Source: Podarcis vaucheri (taxonomy: Eukaryota). Taken from it: a stretch of DNA of 64,000 bases. Positions 1 through 12,836 of the stretch are shown here, one piece after another. The stretch lies in assembly GCA_965113315.1 (NCBI GenBank), contig OZ220365.1; one strand, given 5' to 3'. Made by a program: the position numbers and the translations under genes. Under the pieces are notes generated by a model. It saw only the letters and a list, made by a program, of their open reading frames with translations. It was not told the DNA's origin and did no database searches. Within the stretch, counting starts at the first letter, position 1. Each line of letters begins with the position of its first letter.

Positions 1-125
1 CAAAGACAGAGGGCCAAACTACTCATTACATTAAATGCATCTTCACAAGACAACAGATTGCACACCATCCAAAGTGCAAGCAGCTTATCACTATGTAAAG
101 CAGCTTTTCCCTTGAGAAAGAATAG

Positions 126-317
126 TCATAGAATCATAGAATCATAGAATCATAGAGTTGGAAGAGACCACAAGGGCCATCAAGTCCAACCCCCTGCCAA
201 GCAGGAAACACCATCAGAGCACTCCTGACATATGGTTGTCAAGCCTCTGCTTAAAGACCTCCAAAGTAGGAGACTCCACCACACTCCTTGGCAGCAAATT
301 CCACTGTTCAAAACACT
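126..317 (-). mobile_element. CR1 LINE 3' end fragment
   Basis: The (CATAGAAT)n tandem is the reverse of the CR1 (ATTCTATG)n tail. It is followed by typical CR1 3' sequence (gagttggaagagacc...agtccaaccccctgc). Confidence 0.8.
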
Positions 318-950
318 TTGGAAATTAAAGGAGGCAGACAGGCAGGCAAGGTCTGGCTGAGGAGGGCATATTGAGGTTGGTGAGGCAGTGTCCCATTTGC
401 CCTCACGGACCAGCATCTGTTAATGGAGGCCCCCTACCATTGGCTGAGCATGTTCCAGCTACTTAGCCCTTCACCCTTGCTTCAGAGAAGCGCTCGGTGA
501 GAGTGGATATTTAATAAGCCATAACTGAAGGATGACATCACGGAAGAGCAAGGACAATAGCAGGAGATGCCATCTCAACATTCCCAGCCCCATACAGACA
601 ATGCATACTAGGCTTGAATGTTTTATTGTAAGAATATTTTGTAAGCTGCTTTGAGAGCCACTTGAGACTTCAACGTGGGATATAAGTGGTCTAAATAAAT
701 ACACAGGAAGAGCTTGTTCCTGCTGGATCTGGGCTTCTGTGTTTGGCTCCTGAACTCCGCTGAAACAACAAGCTCCTCTAGCCTTACATTGCAGCTCCCA
801 ATGTTTCAAGAGGGTTGAGATACAGTTCATGAAATGAATAGTGAATCAGAGTAGGGGCGGAAATGTGTTCAGCTTACCTTATTTGTCATACCTTACACAA
901 CTTCATCAAGCGAGGGGCCCCATCTGCACAATACATTTAAAGCAATATCG

Positions 951-1543
951 CATACCCTCCAAGCGTCCCGGTTTTCCAAGGACAGCCCCGGGATTACAAA
1001 AGCCATCATCCCAGCTTCTGATTTGTCCCTATTTCCCCTGCCAACGCTGCTGCCACCAAGCTCGGGGAGGAGAATGAGCCGGCGTTTGTCCAGGGCAGCA
1101 GCTGCGGTGGCTTCGAAGAAGCACCCCAAGGCCTCCATGGCCACTGCTGCTGGCCTCCTCCCTTTGGGCAGCTTGTAGTGACCGCTGGAGAGCGGAGGAG
1201 TAAGAGGGGAGCCTGCCGCTGCCAAGGGCCAGCCCCACGTGATGCACCAACTCTGGGGGCAGGCAGAGGGCAAAAAGTCATGATGATTTTAAAAAATACT
1301 TTGTGCAACCGTCTCTGCTCTGTCCCCTTTCTAAAATGTATTTAATGGTGTACAAGAATAAAATAAAATCAGGATTAAGGGGTTTTCTTAGAATGGTGGG
1401 GGGCATGTGTGCTGTTTCCCATTGGTGTGGTGGTGATAGCACCCACCCATCTTCCGATAGGAAATGCTCTGTGGAGAGGGACAAAAAATTGTGGGGGAGA
1501 GAGAAACGTCCCTCTTTTCATCTGAGGAATGTTGGAGGGTATG
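951..1543. mobile_element. Non-autonomous DNA transposon (CATACCCTCCAA termini)
   Basis: Terminal inverted repeats cataccctccaa ... ttggagggtatg. The same termini recur at 34769-35108 and 57259-57848. The TSD is not clearly preserved. Confidence 0.6.
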
Positions 1544-1987
1544 GTGTCACTTTAAGTAGCCATTGCTTCTCCCCAAAGAATCCTGGGAAGTGTAGTTTGC
1601 AAAGGGTACTGAGAGTGCTGAGGAGATCCCTATTCCCCTCAAAACGTCCTCTTGGAAGATAGATTGGTTGTTAAAATACTGTGAAAATTGAAGCTCTGTG
1701 GGGGAAATATGAGTCTCAGCACCCTTAACAAACTTCATTTCCCAGGATTCCTTGTGGTGAAGCCATGACTGTTTAAAGTGGTATGATACTGCTTTAAATG
1801 TATAGTGCAGACAGAGCCAGGGGGAAAAAAATTGCTTTAGGAGGAGAACTGTTGATGTAAACCAACTTTCACCAATCTGGTGCCCTTTGGCTGCTTTGGA
1901 CTACAACTCCGAGTCCCATCAGCCACAGCCAGCACAAATGCACATTTTAGTCCAAAGCATTTGGAGGGCAGCACTTTGGCAAAGACT

Positions 1988-2057
1988 GACGCAAGCTGTA
2001 TTTTACAACAAAGACGCAAGCTGTATTTTACAACAAAGACGCAAGCTGTATTTTACA
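1988..2057. repeat. 25-bp tandem repeat, ~2.8 copies
   Basis: gacgcaagctgtattttacaacaaa starts at 1988, 2013 and 2038 (third copy partial). Confidence 0.9.
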
Positions 2058-2910
2058 CACTGTGGCAATCTTCAGCTCGGACAATTACATAGTCTAAGAG
2101 GTGCCAGTGGTTCGACCAAAGGAAGCTCCATGATATTTTAATTTTTTTTTTTATTTTTGTCAAAATATTGTGTTGGTAATAACAAGGTTGTGCGCTGCAC
2201 ATAGAGTCAAAAGTAAGATTCCGTTCTGGTTGCGGTTGCCAATTCCTTCTTTCCCAACAGTCCCAGGCAACAGATCGGAATCTTGCCCAACTCTTGCATT
2301 AAAATCACCCAGGAGGGTAATTTTGTCCTCCTTAGGTGTCTCTGATAGGATGGCATGCAGCTGAGAATTAAAAAAAAAATCTTTATTGTCTTCATTGGTA
2401 TCCAGTGTTGGTGCATAGGCGCTTAAAATAGCAGCCTATTTGTTTGGGATGCGTTTTATTTGAAGGCTTGAAAGTCACTCATTAATACTGGTAGGGATTC
2501 CTGACAACAGCTTCACAAGATTGTTTTTGATAGCAAGGCCTGCTCCATGTATTCAAAGTTCTTGTTCAGGTAGACCTTTCCAGAAGAATGTGTAGCCTCC
2601 TTTTTCTTCCTTCAGTTGTCCCTCATGTGCTCTTCAAATTTCTTGAAGCGCTGCAATCTCGATGTTAAAACGTCGCAGCTCTCTTGCAATGATGGCAGTC
2701 CTGCATTCGGGACGCTCATTATCTGTGTTATCCAACAAAGTCCATATATTCCATGTTCAAAAGTTCAATTGTCTTTTACGACCGCTGGGTGGTGACCCCA
2801 CTGGGCACGGTAATCCAGTCAGGGGGAAAGGGAGGCAGACTACCGTATGTTTAGGGCACATTTTCTAACCCCTCCTCCTTTTGGGGGTGAGCAGAGTGGA
2901 TCCTAAATTG
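2050..2910 (-). mobile_element. Decayed RTE-clade LINE, 5' UTR plus AP-endonuclease region
   Basis: The minus strand reads, with stops and frameshifts, TWNIWTLLD..RTAIIARELRRFNIEIAALQE..GYTFFWKG..SAYAPT..ITLLGDFNARVG..NLVITNT..HWHLLDYVIV. These are canonical RTE APE motifs. Confidence 0.85.
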
Positions 2911-5900
2911 GACTGCTGAGTCATGGATACAGCTGGAAGGAAATGTTAATCCCCCTCTTCCTCATGCATGGGGGACGATTGGGATTTTTATTTTTTTTAA
3001 GCACATAAAATTTAAACCCTTTCCTTGTAATCGCTAGCATGCCTAGAATAAGATGATCTATGCACCATTTGTACTCCCCTCTCAAAGAAATACTTTCCAT
3101 CTGCACATCTGAAGCAGCTCTGAAATGCTTGTAAAATTGCAGTCAAACATATAACTCTGGAGAATCAGAACTCTGCCCACAGACGGCTGTATACACCCTG
3201 TACCTTTAAAGCACACAACATCCCCCAAAGAATTCTAAGCTACAGTTCCCAGATTCCTTAAAGGGAGTCATGTGCTTTAAATGTATGGTGTACAGACAGC
3301 CTATGGGAGAGGCCCTTGCAACATATGCACCTCAAGGCACAGTCTTACATTCAGCAACCTGAAAATATGCCATAAAGGTACGGTTTTCATTTCTACTGAT
3401 ACAATGCAAGAGTAATCCTGCTGGGTAGCATTTTCCAGTAAACATTTTTGAACGACGCTTTTAAAATATTTTACTTCTGAATGTATCGGATGCACATCAG
3501 CATCAGAAGACAGCCATATAAACAGCTGGTTTTTATATCATTTTTGCTAAGTAAAATAATCCAATCAGATGACCTGAATTGAGACGATTTGATCCCCATG
3601 ACTGTGTCCTTGCTGATATTTGCATGTGTAAAGCAATTTCAAATCTCAATTGATTAGCTTAACCTCTGGCACTAGAGATAAAAAATAATTTGCTTTGACT
3701 CCTGGCGCATTGGGCTACATCTGGCAAAACTGATATTGTAATGACCTCGAAGCCAAACAACACAAAGCTGTCACGTCACTTTCAAAGCCGGGATCTGCTT
3801 GGCTTAGAGTAAGGGTAATTAACCTCCGAATAACCTGTAAATATAGAGGCTTCAAGAGCATCCGCTGAGACTCGTAGATCAGATCTACACAAATATATCT
3901 TTTAAAAACTCATATGCTCCAATAAGATGTCTATTACATGTTTCCTACCAGGTTTACAAAAGGCTTTGAATGGTCTCCAGTAACCTCGTAGTTCTGGCTA
4001 TATCTGCATCTGCTGTGTTTCATGTGATATTTTCTTGAATGGGCAGCAGTTACGTTGTTTAACCCAGACATTTTTTAGCATTCATGTCCCAGATTAGGGT
4101 TAGACTAGGACAGTCTATTACTGTCAATAGTGGCTGTCCCGTTCCAGTAACTCAGGCTTTGGGAGCTGGGAATCCACAGACATTACAGGACTGAATTTCC
4201 ATCCCTGACTATTCCCCATGCTAGCTGCAACTGATGGGAGTGGGAGTTCAACAGCATCTGTAGGCACACAGTATCCAGCTCTACAATGCAGAAAGGCTGA
4301 GCCAGGATGGAGGACAAGGTGGTGTCCAGGCTAGACACAAGGCAAGGTTCTGGGAAACACAGATCTGAGCACTTTTTACATTAGCAGCACCTAATTATTA
4401 ACATCACCTCAAGATGCTGCTCTACCTAAAGGGGCCCAGCCTGTTGGAATGTGAATAGATGCTAGGAAAGGCTATATTTATTAGCTATTATCCTTCCTTC
4501 CTCACGTTTGTCAGTTCAGCAGAGTGCCATTCCTTTGCAGCTTAGATAGGCTAGTTTTAGCCTTTAAGTTTAAGTAATCCAAGAGGCTTTAAGGCAGACT
4601 GGATTTTCCTGGTGTTACGCCGTTTTTTTCACCCTTAAAACAATAATCACACAAACAGTCATGTAAATAACATTTACTCACTAGGAGTACTTGTTGAAGA
4701 GAAACAGATACAGCAGCTTTGTTCAGGCAGGCTTCAAATGATAATTCAGTTACAAAGACATACTTAAGTCTAGCTTAAAATGGTGCCTGATCTGGAGCTC
4801 AGACTTAGCAGCTGTTCTCCCATTGCTGGCAGAGCAGAAGAGATGGAAAGAGCAAGAGAGAGAGACCAGACAGGTAGGAGAATTTATAGCTACGCCCTCC
4901 CCCCGTCAGGGCACAGTGGGAGTGTCTCTCACAGAGTCATCTCTAGAAAATTTACAGAAAAACTCTGTGAGCATCAGCTCCTATCATGTGCCTTTCTAGC
5001 AAAACATTGATTGTTGGTTTGACTGCATTTTAAATATCCCTCACAGCTTTCTCTAGTAACTTCCTACTGTGACAGAGCAGGGGGAGGCTTAGGTCTTCCA
5101 GTGGAGTCCTGTGAGTCAGAGGGCAGAAGTGCTACATCTGTGAGCCAATTGCCCCACAGGTTCACCTGGTAACTGTGCTTCTGGGGCTTTGCCAGCTTGC
5201 CGTTCCCATTCAGGTTCAGAATCCTCAACCCCCATCACCTGATGAAGGGGAGTCTGATTCTTGCTCCCTGACACACTTTCCCCAACTCTGCAATAACTAC
5301 ATTAAATAAAGTTTAGGCAAGAACCACATGCTTACAAAACTAGAGCACCAAGCACTTATTCCATATAGAAAGTACTTAGATTGTTCTATAGTTCAGTGGT
5401 GTCTGACAGATACCTTGAGGCGTTAATTGGAGCAATCTTTGTGTCACTTTCCATGGAAGGTTGATTGTTTGCTGCAAATTCTGAATCATGAAGCCTTTTC
5501 ATGGAGGTATATGCCGGGGGAGCACCCATTGATTCCACGTTTCCATTGTGCTAATACAAAAACGAGAGAAAATGCCACCTGCCCGTCTACTTTTGCAAAG
5601 AAGGATTGCACGGGGGGGGGGGGCGGTATTTAATTGCACTTGGCATTTCTGATCTCAAATTATGGCATCTTCCTCTGCCCAGGACATATTCTTAGCAGAG
5701 GGTCATAAAACAAGTCCTCCTGCCTCCTTAATAGAGTATGATATGGTACCATTGTCTGCCACAGGATTTCCTGCTTACAGAAAGCTAGTAAAAAGGACTC
5801 CACTGTTACAAATAGCATGACACCCAAGAGCTCATAATGGCTTTCCCAGCAGAAACCAGCCTTCACTGACTTACATAGCCTGTTTCAGCAGCTGCCTGAA

Positions 5901-7250
5901 ACTTTCATTAAATACATTTTACTGGCTCCATAATTCAGCTGGTGCACTTCTGGAGATGATGTCTTCTGTTATAGCACTTGGAAAAAGGAAATGCTTTTCT
6001 ATTTATCTAGCTACTTTCACCCCATATAATTTATGTCCGGTTCTCGAGCACAGCATCCTACTATTCAGATTGAGGGGAGGGGCTGTAGCTGCATGGTATA
6101 GACTTGTTCACAAGAGCCCACGATCAATCTACGCACCCTGCATCACCAAGCAAGGACTGGACATTTATTGTTGTTATTTATTCTACTATATCCCTCCTTC
6201 CTCATGCAGGAGCCCAGGGTGGCAAATACATCAGTAATAAAGGTTGGGGGGGTGGCGCAAATTTTGAGAGCACGTAGGCAGAGGAGAGGAAGTGTAGGCA
6301 ATCCTGGGTTTTTTTTGCTTAGGGCAAAATCATGCATTGAGTGTGTGTGTTCTGTTTTTTTTAAAAAAAAACCCTACAGTGGGGTAATCAGAAATGAAAC
6401 CATGGCTTGCAAGAAGGGGTCCATTCTCCCGCCCCAAGTTGTGCTCCTGACAAAAATCACCCCCTGGTTATTTACCAGGGGAGCAAAGCTGCCCCTGAAT
6501 GTGCCAGAGTCTTGCTCCTGCTCCCCCACAACTGCTATTTGTGTATGTGGCGGGGTGGAAATAGACACATTAAATGCAAGAATGCATACACAGGTTTCAC
6601 TTTACGGATATTCTCAGTGCTAAAATTCATTTATCTGAACACATGGAATTAGCACCCAAACCTTGCTATTGACATCACAGATTCAGATATCCAAACAGAA
6701 AGCAAGTTTTTACTCCCTTGCTTGCCTTTCACTGGTTGGCTGAGGAAAGGAGGGAAGCGGGGGGGGGGAGGCAGGAGTGTTCAGAGAAATCAGAGAACAC
6801 TTTTGGGGAGATTTTCTGAGATATTTTTTTTTTTTTTTGCTTTTTAGAGTTGAAATTTCATGGTTGGGAATGCATTAGGAATTTCCCCATAGGAATCAAT
6901 GGGAACTGGTGGCTCATAATGCAAACACTCAGCTAATGAACAGTTTCCAGGGAAAGCATTGTGTTTGATAAGCGGGACCTGCATGTACTTAATGTAACAT
7001 ACAGTTATGTTTGGGGAAAGGTTGGGGGGGGTCATGGAAAGTAATGAAGGCTTAGTCCTGAGTCCTGCTTGCTGGCTTCCTATAGACACCTGCTTGGTGA
7101 GAACAGAATGCTGGACTAGAGGGTCATTGGCCTGATCAACCATGGCTCTTTTTATATTCTTATGAAATAAGGAATGCTATGTGAGAATAACTAGGCGGGG
7201 GAGAATCTGGTCTTCCTCTGTGCACCAGAATTCATCAACTGCCTAATGTA

Positions 7251-8278
7251 CCGTATTTTTCGCACCATTGGACGCACCGGACAATAGGACGCACTTTGTT
7301 TTAGAGGGGGGAGAACAAGGGGAAAAAAATCTCCCCCTCTCTGCCCAGCACCCCTTCAGTGAAGCGGCAGGAGGCACAGAGAGGGGGAGAACTTTCCCCT
7401 CTTGTTTTCCCACTCTAAAACAAGGTGTCTTTAAGGTGCGTTCAGGCGGCTACCTTGGAAGCCTGGAGAGCAAGAGGGGTCGGTGTGCACTGACCCCTCT
7501 CGCTCTCCAGGCTTCAGGTTCCTTTCGACCTGCTCTTTGGGGCTGGCGGGGGGAAGCCCAACACCAGCCCCAAAGAGCAGGCCAGGGAGCAGCGGAAAGG
7601 CGCAGCGGACAGGCTCCTGCCATAGCCACGCGTCACCTCCCCAGCCGGGAGAACGTGCGCGGGGCTAAAGAAGCACCCGCGACCCTCTCCCAGCTGGAGA
7701 GGTGACACGCAGCTATGGCAGGAGCCTCTATAGCAGCGCGTCACCTCCCCAGCCGGGAGAGCGCGCGCGGGGCTAAAGCAGCCTCCCGCGACCCTCTCCC
7801 AGCTGGAGAGGTGACACGCAGCTATGGCAGGAGCCTCTATAGCAGCGCGTCACCTCCCCAGCCGGGAGAGTGCGCGCGGGGCTAAAGCAGCCTCCCGCGA
7901 CCCTCTCCCAGCTGGAGAGGTGACACGCAGCTATGGCAGGAGCCTCTATAGCAGCGCGTCACCTCCCCAGCCGGGAGAGCGCACGCGGGGCTAAAGCAGC
8001 CTCCCGCGACCCTCTCCCAGCTGGAGAGGTGACACGCAGCTATGGCAGGAGCCTCTATAGCAGCGGGAGAGGGTCGCAGGTGCTTCTTTAGCCCCGTGTG
8101 CGCTCTCCCGGCTGGAGAGGTGACGTGGGGCTGTAGAGGCTCCTGCCATAGCCGCGCTTCACCTCTCCAGCCGAGAGAGGGTCGCGGGGCTACGGCGTCT
8201 TCGCTCCATAGGACGCACACACATTTCCCCTTCATTTTTGAGGGAGAAAAAGTGCGTCCTATAGAGCGAAAAATACGG
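7251..8278. mobile_element. Tc1/mariner-superfamily (pogo/Tc2-like) non-autonomous element with internal tandem array
   Basis: TA|ccgtatttttcgc ... gcgaaaaatacgg|TA gives TIRs and a TA TSD. Related ends occur at 43902 and 54167-54335. Confidence 0.85.
7632..8190. repeat. ~109-bp GC-rich tandem repeat (4 copies) plus an inverted copy
   Basis: gtcacctccccagccgggaga starts at 7632, 7740, 7849 and 7958. Bases ~8066-8190 are the reverse complement of the unit. Confidence 0.9.
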
Positions 8279-10770
8279 TATCTGTTTGGAATTTGGTCGG
8301 GACAAATGCAAAGAACTACATCCTTGCACAAGCATGATTATTTTGTGGGATTAATGGTGACAATATATTGTGATTAGGATTGCCCCACTTTTCCTGTGCT
8401 TTTAAGAGCTGCAAGGCAAGGAGGCTTATCCAGGTGTACAGAGCACTGTAATGAAAATGACAGGACAACGGAGGGTGGGAGGGTGAGGGTCAAGTTAGCA
8501 CTGATAAATCTGAAGAATGTCAAAGGAAATGAGACATGGTGTTAGAAAGAAAATACACAATCAGAGCATTGACTGAAGGAAGAGTGTTGCAGAAAGCTTA
8601 AAGAGCTGGTATGATCATAACAATGTTTTGGGGAGAGATGTTTGGCAGAGGCATTCAGCACTGATTGAAGTGGGTTGATATGCCAGAAGGCTTGTTCGCT
8701 TATTGGCTTCCAGGAGACTCTGGTTATTTCTGGGTCACATAGAGGCAACTCTGTTCTGACTAAATTCCTTCCCCCTGACCTGGAAATAATGAAGGTCGGA
8801 CGGATTCCATTCAGGTGAGAAGCACAGTGTTAAGACACCCCCTCAAGGAATCTGCATATTTTCTGTCCATTTCTCAGCCATTTTCCTATATGCATACACA
8901 AAAGTCTAATCTTTTGCTACCAGGTACACATCTTGCCTCAAAAACTAACGCCCAAAAGCTATAAGAACTCAAATAGAATTTTTAAAGTAACTGTTTTCAT
9001 AGATGGATAGATAAATGCAATGTGAACTAGATAACTAAACCTAATCATAGGACACACACCTCACCAGCTCCCAGGTTAAATATTCATAGCTTTATACTAT
9101 TCATTCATCTTTTAGGATTTCTCTTGCAGGATTCTGCTATGTTATTCTGTCCGAGTTGCATGAAAGCCTCCATCCACATCTTACCCAACTGAAGTACCAA
9201 GAGGTATACATGGCTGTGATATCCAGATTTGTAGCAATGCAGCTGATAACATATCTTGTAGACTGTTTCCACTAGCCAAACTAAAAGATAAATAAAAAGA
9301 CATATGATTGCAGAATTCTTTTTCAAGACACACACACACTCTTTTACACTGAAGCAGAAAATTGAAGAGGAAGATGGCCATTTGGAAAGAGGGTCTTCCT
9401 AACCCTTCCCCTCCTGCCATTTTCCTACGGAAGCTTGCCTACCCCAAAACTATTTTTGCTCCTGCTGGATAAAAAGTAGGACAAGTGCCTGTATCTTTTC
9501 CCTGTGGTGGTTAAAGCCTCAGGGGCAAAACAGTGGAAGGTTAAGAAGGCCCTCTTCTCCCTTCCAATTTCAGCCTTGGGGGCTGAAATGTGTTTTCAGA
9601 AGACTCTGCAAAAAGAAAGCAGAGAATGACACAGAACATGACTTTCCACCCCTAAAATATATTTGAAAAGCTGTAAGCAAGCAGCAATATAAATAAAGAG
9701 CTCAGAGAGAAAGAAAGCCTGGTAGATTTCCTCAGAAAGCACTTTTCATAATATAGGTGCCATCATTGAAGAGGCCCTGTTCCATGCCCCATCCACACTT
9801 AGTCCAACACCCAAAGACATAAGGAGCAAGGCCATATCCACAAGAGCTCAAACAACAGGAGGAATATACTGGACATTTTGGAACTATGCTGCTACAAAGA
9901 AGGCCACTTGCCTTTCATTTGAAGGTAAGGACACTAGGAAGAAGACTTCAATGACCAGAGAGCCTCATATGACCAGAGAGCCTCATAAGTTGTCCTTTAA
10001 ATACCAAAGTCCCAAACCTAGATGTACTTCCAGCAACAAGTGCCTTGACACCACAAGCTGGGTCTTCCAGACTGACTTCTCTTCAGTGACACGAAGAAGG
10101 CAGAGAGGAAGACCCAATGCAGTAGTCTCTGAAGGCTCCAAGCAAATCTGTTTTAACTAGATCTGCAGAATCTATTTCTGGTGGGTTGGAGAGAACTGTA
10201 AAATCTGTCCAGATATGGTAACATAGCTCTTTTTCAAAAACATTATTTGATTCTTTTATAATAAAGCTTCTCCTCTTGATTTGTACTCATTTCTATTTTA
10301 AAGTCTAAATGGAAATGTTCAGCCAATTTGACCAAAACCATTTATTATGCTATTGAACTGGGAGTGGGGTCCATAACTTACGATGACATCCTCACAAAAT
10401 ATGAAATAAAATTGCTGATAGTGAGTCAGGCATTTAAGGAAGTCAGTAGCAAGGGCATTAATGTAATGTTTATGGGTAACCTTGTGAGGAAGGTGGGGAC
10501 CCCTTAGATATTGTCTTGAATAATAAAGTACACATCAGATATAATATAAAGGATCAGAAAGTATTGTTTCCTTACATTGACGTTAGTTGCTTCACTAAAT
10601 CATTCCCAACTCCCCTGAGCTGCCAAGATCAACATAGGAACTAAGCAAGTGTTATCTTGTTGTGGCATAACATTTTACTTACTTACTTTACTTATTTAAC
10701 GGAGAGAGAACAACATGCCAACTAGCCAAAGAAAAGTTTCGTTCACTCAAATGATCGATACCTTCTTCTG

Positions 10771-11021
10771 TAAAGGTAAAGGTACCCCTGACTGTTAGGT
10801 CCAGTCGCAGACAACTCTGGGGTTGCGCACTCATCTTGCTTTACTGGCCGAGGCAGCCGGCGTTTGTCTGCAGACAGCTTCCTGATCATGTGGCCAGCAT
10901 GACTAAGCCACTTCTGGCAAACCAGAGCAGCGCACAGAAACACTGTTTACCTTCCCGCCGGAGCAGTACCTATTTATCTGCTTGCACTTGACGTGCTTTC
11001 GATTTGCTAGGTGGGCAGGAG
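10771..11021 (-). mobile_element. Sauria SINE, 5'-truncated
   Basis: Begins with (AAAGGT)n, the reverse of the (ACCTTT)n tail. Body contains catgtggccagcatgactaagcc...tacctatttatc. Confidence 0.9.
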
Positions 11022-12701
11022 ATCTTCCTCTGTATAATACTCTAAAAACAATGGAGGCAGATTTTTGCTTCTTACAGAAACTTACCATATCCACGTATAC
11101 ATGTTAAACTGATGTTAGAAAGAGAAGAAAGCAACAGTAATAAAAGGCTAAAGATAAACACAGCTTTGCCCTCAAATAAGGGTTATGATGGCTCAATATG
11201 CTCAGGTATACAACTAAGGCATGCAAGAAAACAGATGCGCACAGACCCCTCAAAAAGTATGCCAACTCCAGTAATAAATTTAGGCTGGTTCAGATGTAAA
11301 TGCTAACCCATGGGTTGGAGAAAACCTTATTAAGAAAATGCCTTATTGTGGACCATGTACGCACATCTGGAGCTGAAACATTCAGGAGTGGTCCTACCAT
11401 TAGGTAAAGTGAGGTAATTGTCTCAAGTGGAAGAAACTAAGGGGGCAAAAGTTGCACCCACCCTCCACCGCCCGCCTAAGCTACTGGGACCCCTTAAGCT
11501 TCATCCAGGCACAGATGAGAATGCTACCCTATTGCCAATGTGAAGTAACTTCAAGTCAACTTCAGCTTTTGTAAGGAGAAGCTGATGCTCAGTAGTAGAG
11601 CTTCTGCATTCTGTGCAGAAAGTCCCAGATTGAAACCCCAGCCTCTGCAGGGAGTGCTGGAAGAGAACCCTGTCTGAAATCCTGGAGAGCCATTGGCAAT
11701 TAATGAAGATCGTCCTGAGCTAAATGGACCAATGAGCTGGCTCAGTTTAAGGCAGCCTCCTGTGTTCTATGTCCATGGAATGATAGGGACATCATCCTGT
11801 CCTTTGCCTCAGGCAGCAAAATGTTTTGGGCTAGCCCTAGAAACATTCACTGCAGAACATAGAGTGTGGGGAAGAGAAGGTAATTAAAAATGGAATACAA
11901 GCTCAAAGCATCTGCGGCTGAAATGGAAGCAGAGGGATGCAATAGAATGATTATTCTAGTAAATAATCCTCACACACCAGAGGCAATAAGATCCCTCAAA
12001 TGCAGGAAAGACCATTCCTTCTCCATCGGCTTTGTGTTCCAGCTCACCGAATCTCAGTTTAGCTTACATTAGCCACAAGGAGGTATAATTGCCTGAGGGG
12101 ATTTATTAGTCCAGTGGAGAAAAGCAAAACAATGGGCAAGAGAAAGAAGCAGCAAATTGTGCTGTATCCAGATTTACATCAGGATCAATGTTGCGTTTTT
12201 TGGAGTGTGTGCTCTTGCTTTACAAAAGTAAAACACATTGGTGGGCTGCAGGGATTGTAGAGCGTAGAAAGTGGATTGTGCAAGACTGAAGTTGACCCAA
12301 CCCTGTTTCAAACCAGAGAGCATTCTGACCTTTGTGGACTTGTGGAAATATGGGAAGGGGAACTGAAAAGGAAGGGGAACAGGACCAGGCGCACACAAGT
12401 CCTATTCAGTAACCCTATGCCATGTCTAGGGCTAGACATGTGCAAGGGAAGCAGAAGCAAACTTCCTTCCTTCCTTCCCCTCCTCCCCACTCCTCAGCAT
12501 TGAAAGGAAACCTGTTCACATTCAGTTGCTAAGCCTTATGCATGCAGAATTCCTGGAAAAGCCTACAGAGATCATTTTGCATTGCCTTGATTTCTGGCTT
12601 CCCAGTGACCACGCTGGCTGGGGCTGATGGGAGTTGCAGTTTGAAACTTCCAGAAGGCACTAGGATGGGCATGGCTGGTGTAGACCAGGAGTGGCCAAGA
12701 C

Positions 12702-12836
12702 CAGGGCTTTTTTCAGTGGGACCTTGCCGGAACTCAGTTCCGGCACCTCTCAGGTGGGCACCATTGCCATTCTAATAAAACGAGGGAGGCATTCATGGTG
12801 AGTTCTAGTAATTCTTTTTCTAGAAAAATAGCACTG
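12702..12836. mobile_element. hAT-type MITE
   Basis: Termini cagggcttttt...aaatagcactg, with an 8-bp TSD gccaagac/gccaggac (7/8 match). A related copy is at 32403-32539. Confidence 0.7.

Noticed and set aside
4440-5006. Possible reverse-orientation solo LTR (similar hints at ~25810-26240 and ~51549-51902)
   Set aside because: LTR-like composition, but I could not find matching TSDs or fix the ends, so these are not called.
7632-8066. Regular repeats suggesting a CRISPR array
   Set aside because: The units are contiguous near-identical tandem copies with no unique spacers, in eukaryotic DNA with no cas genes.
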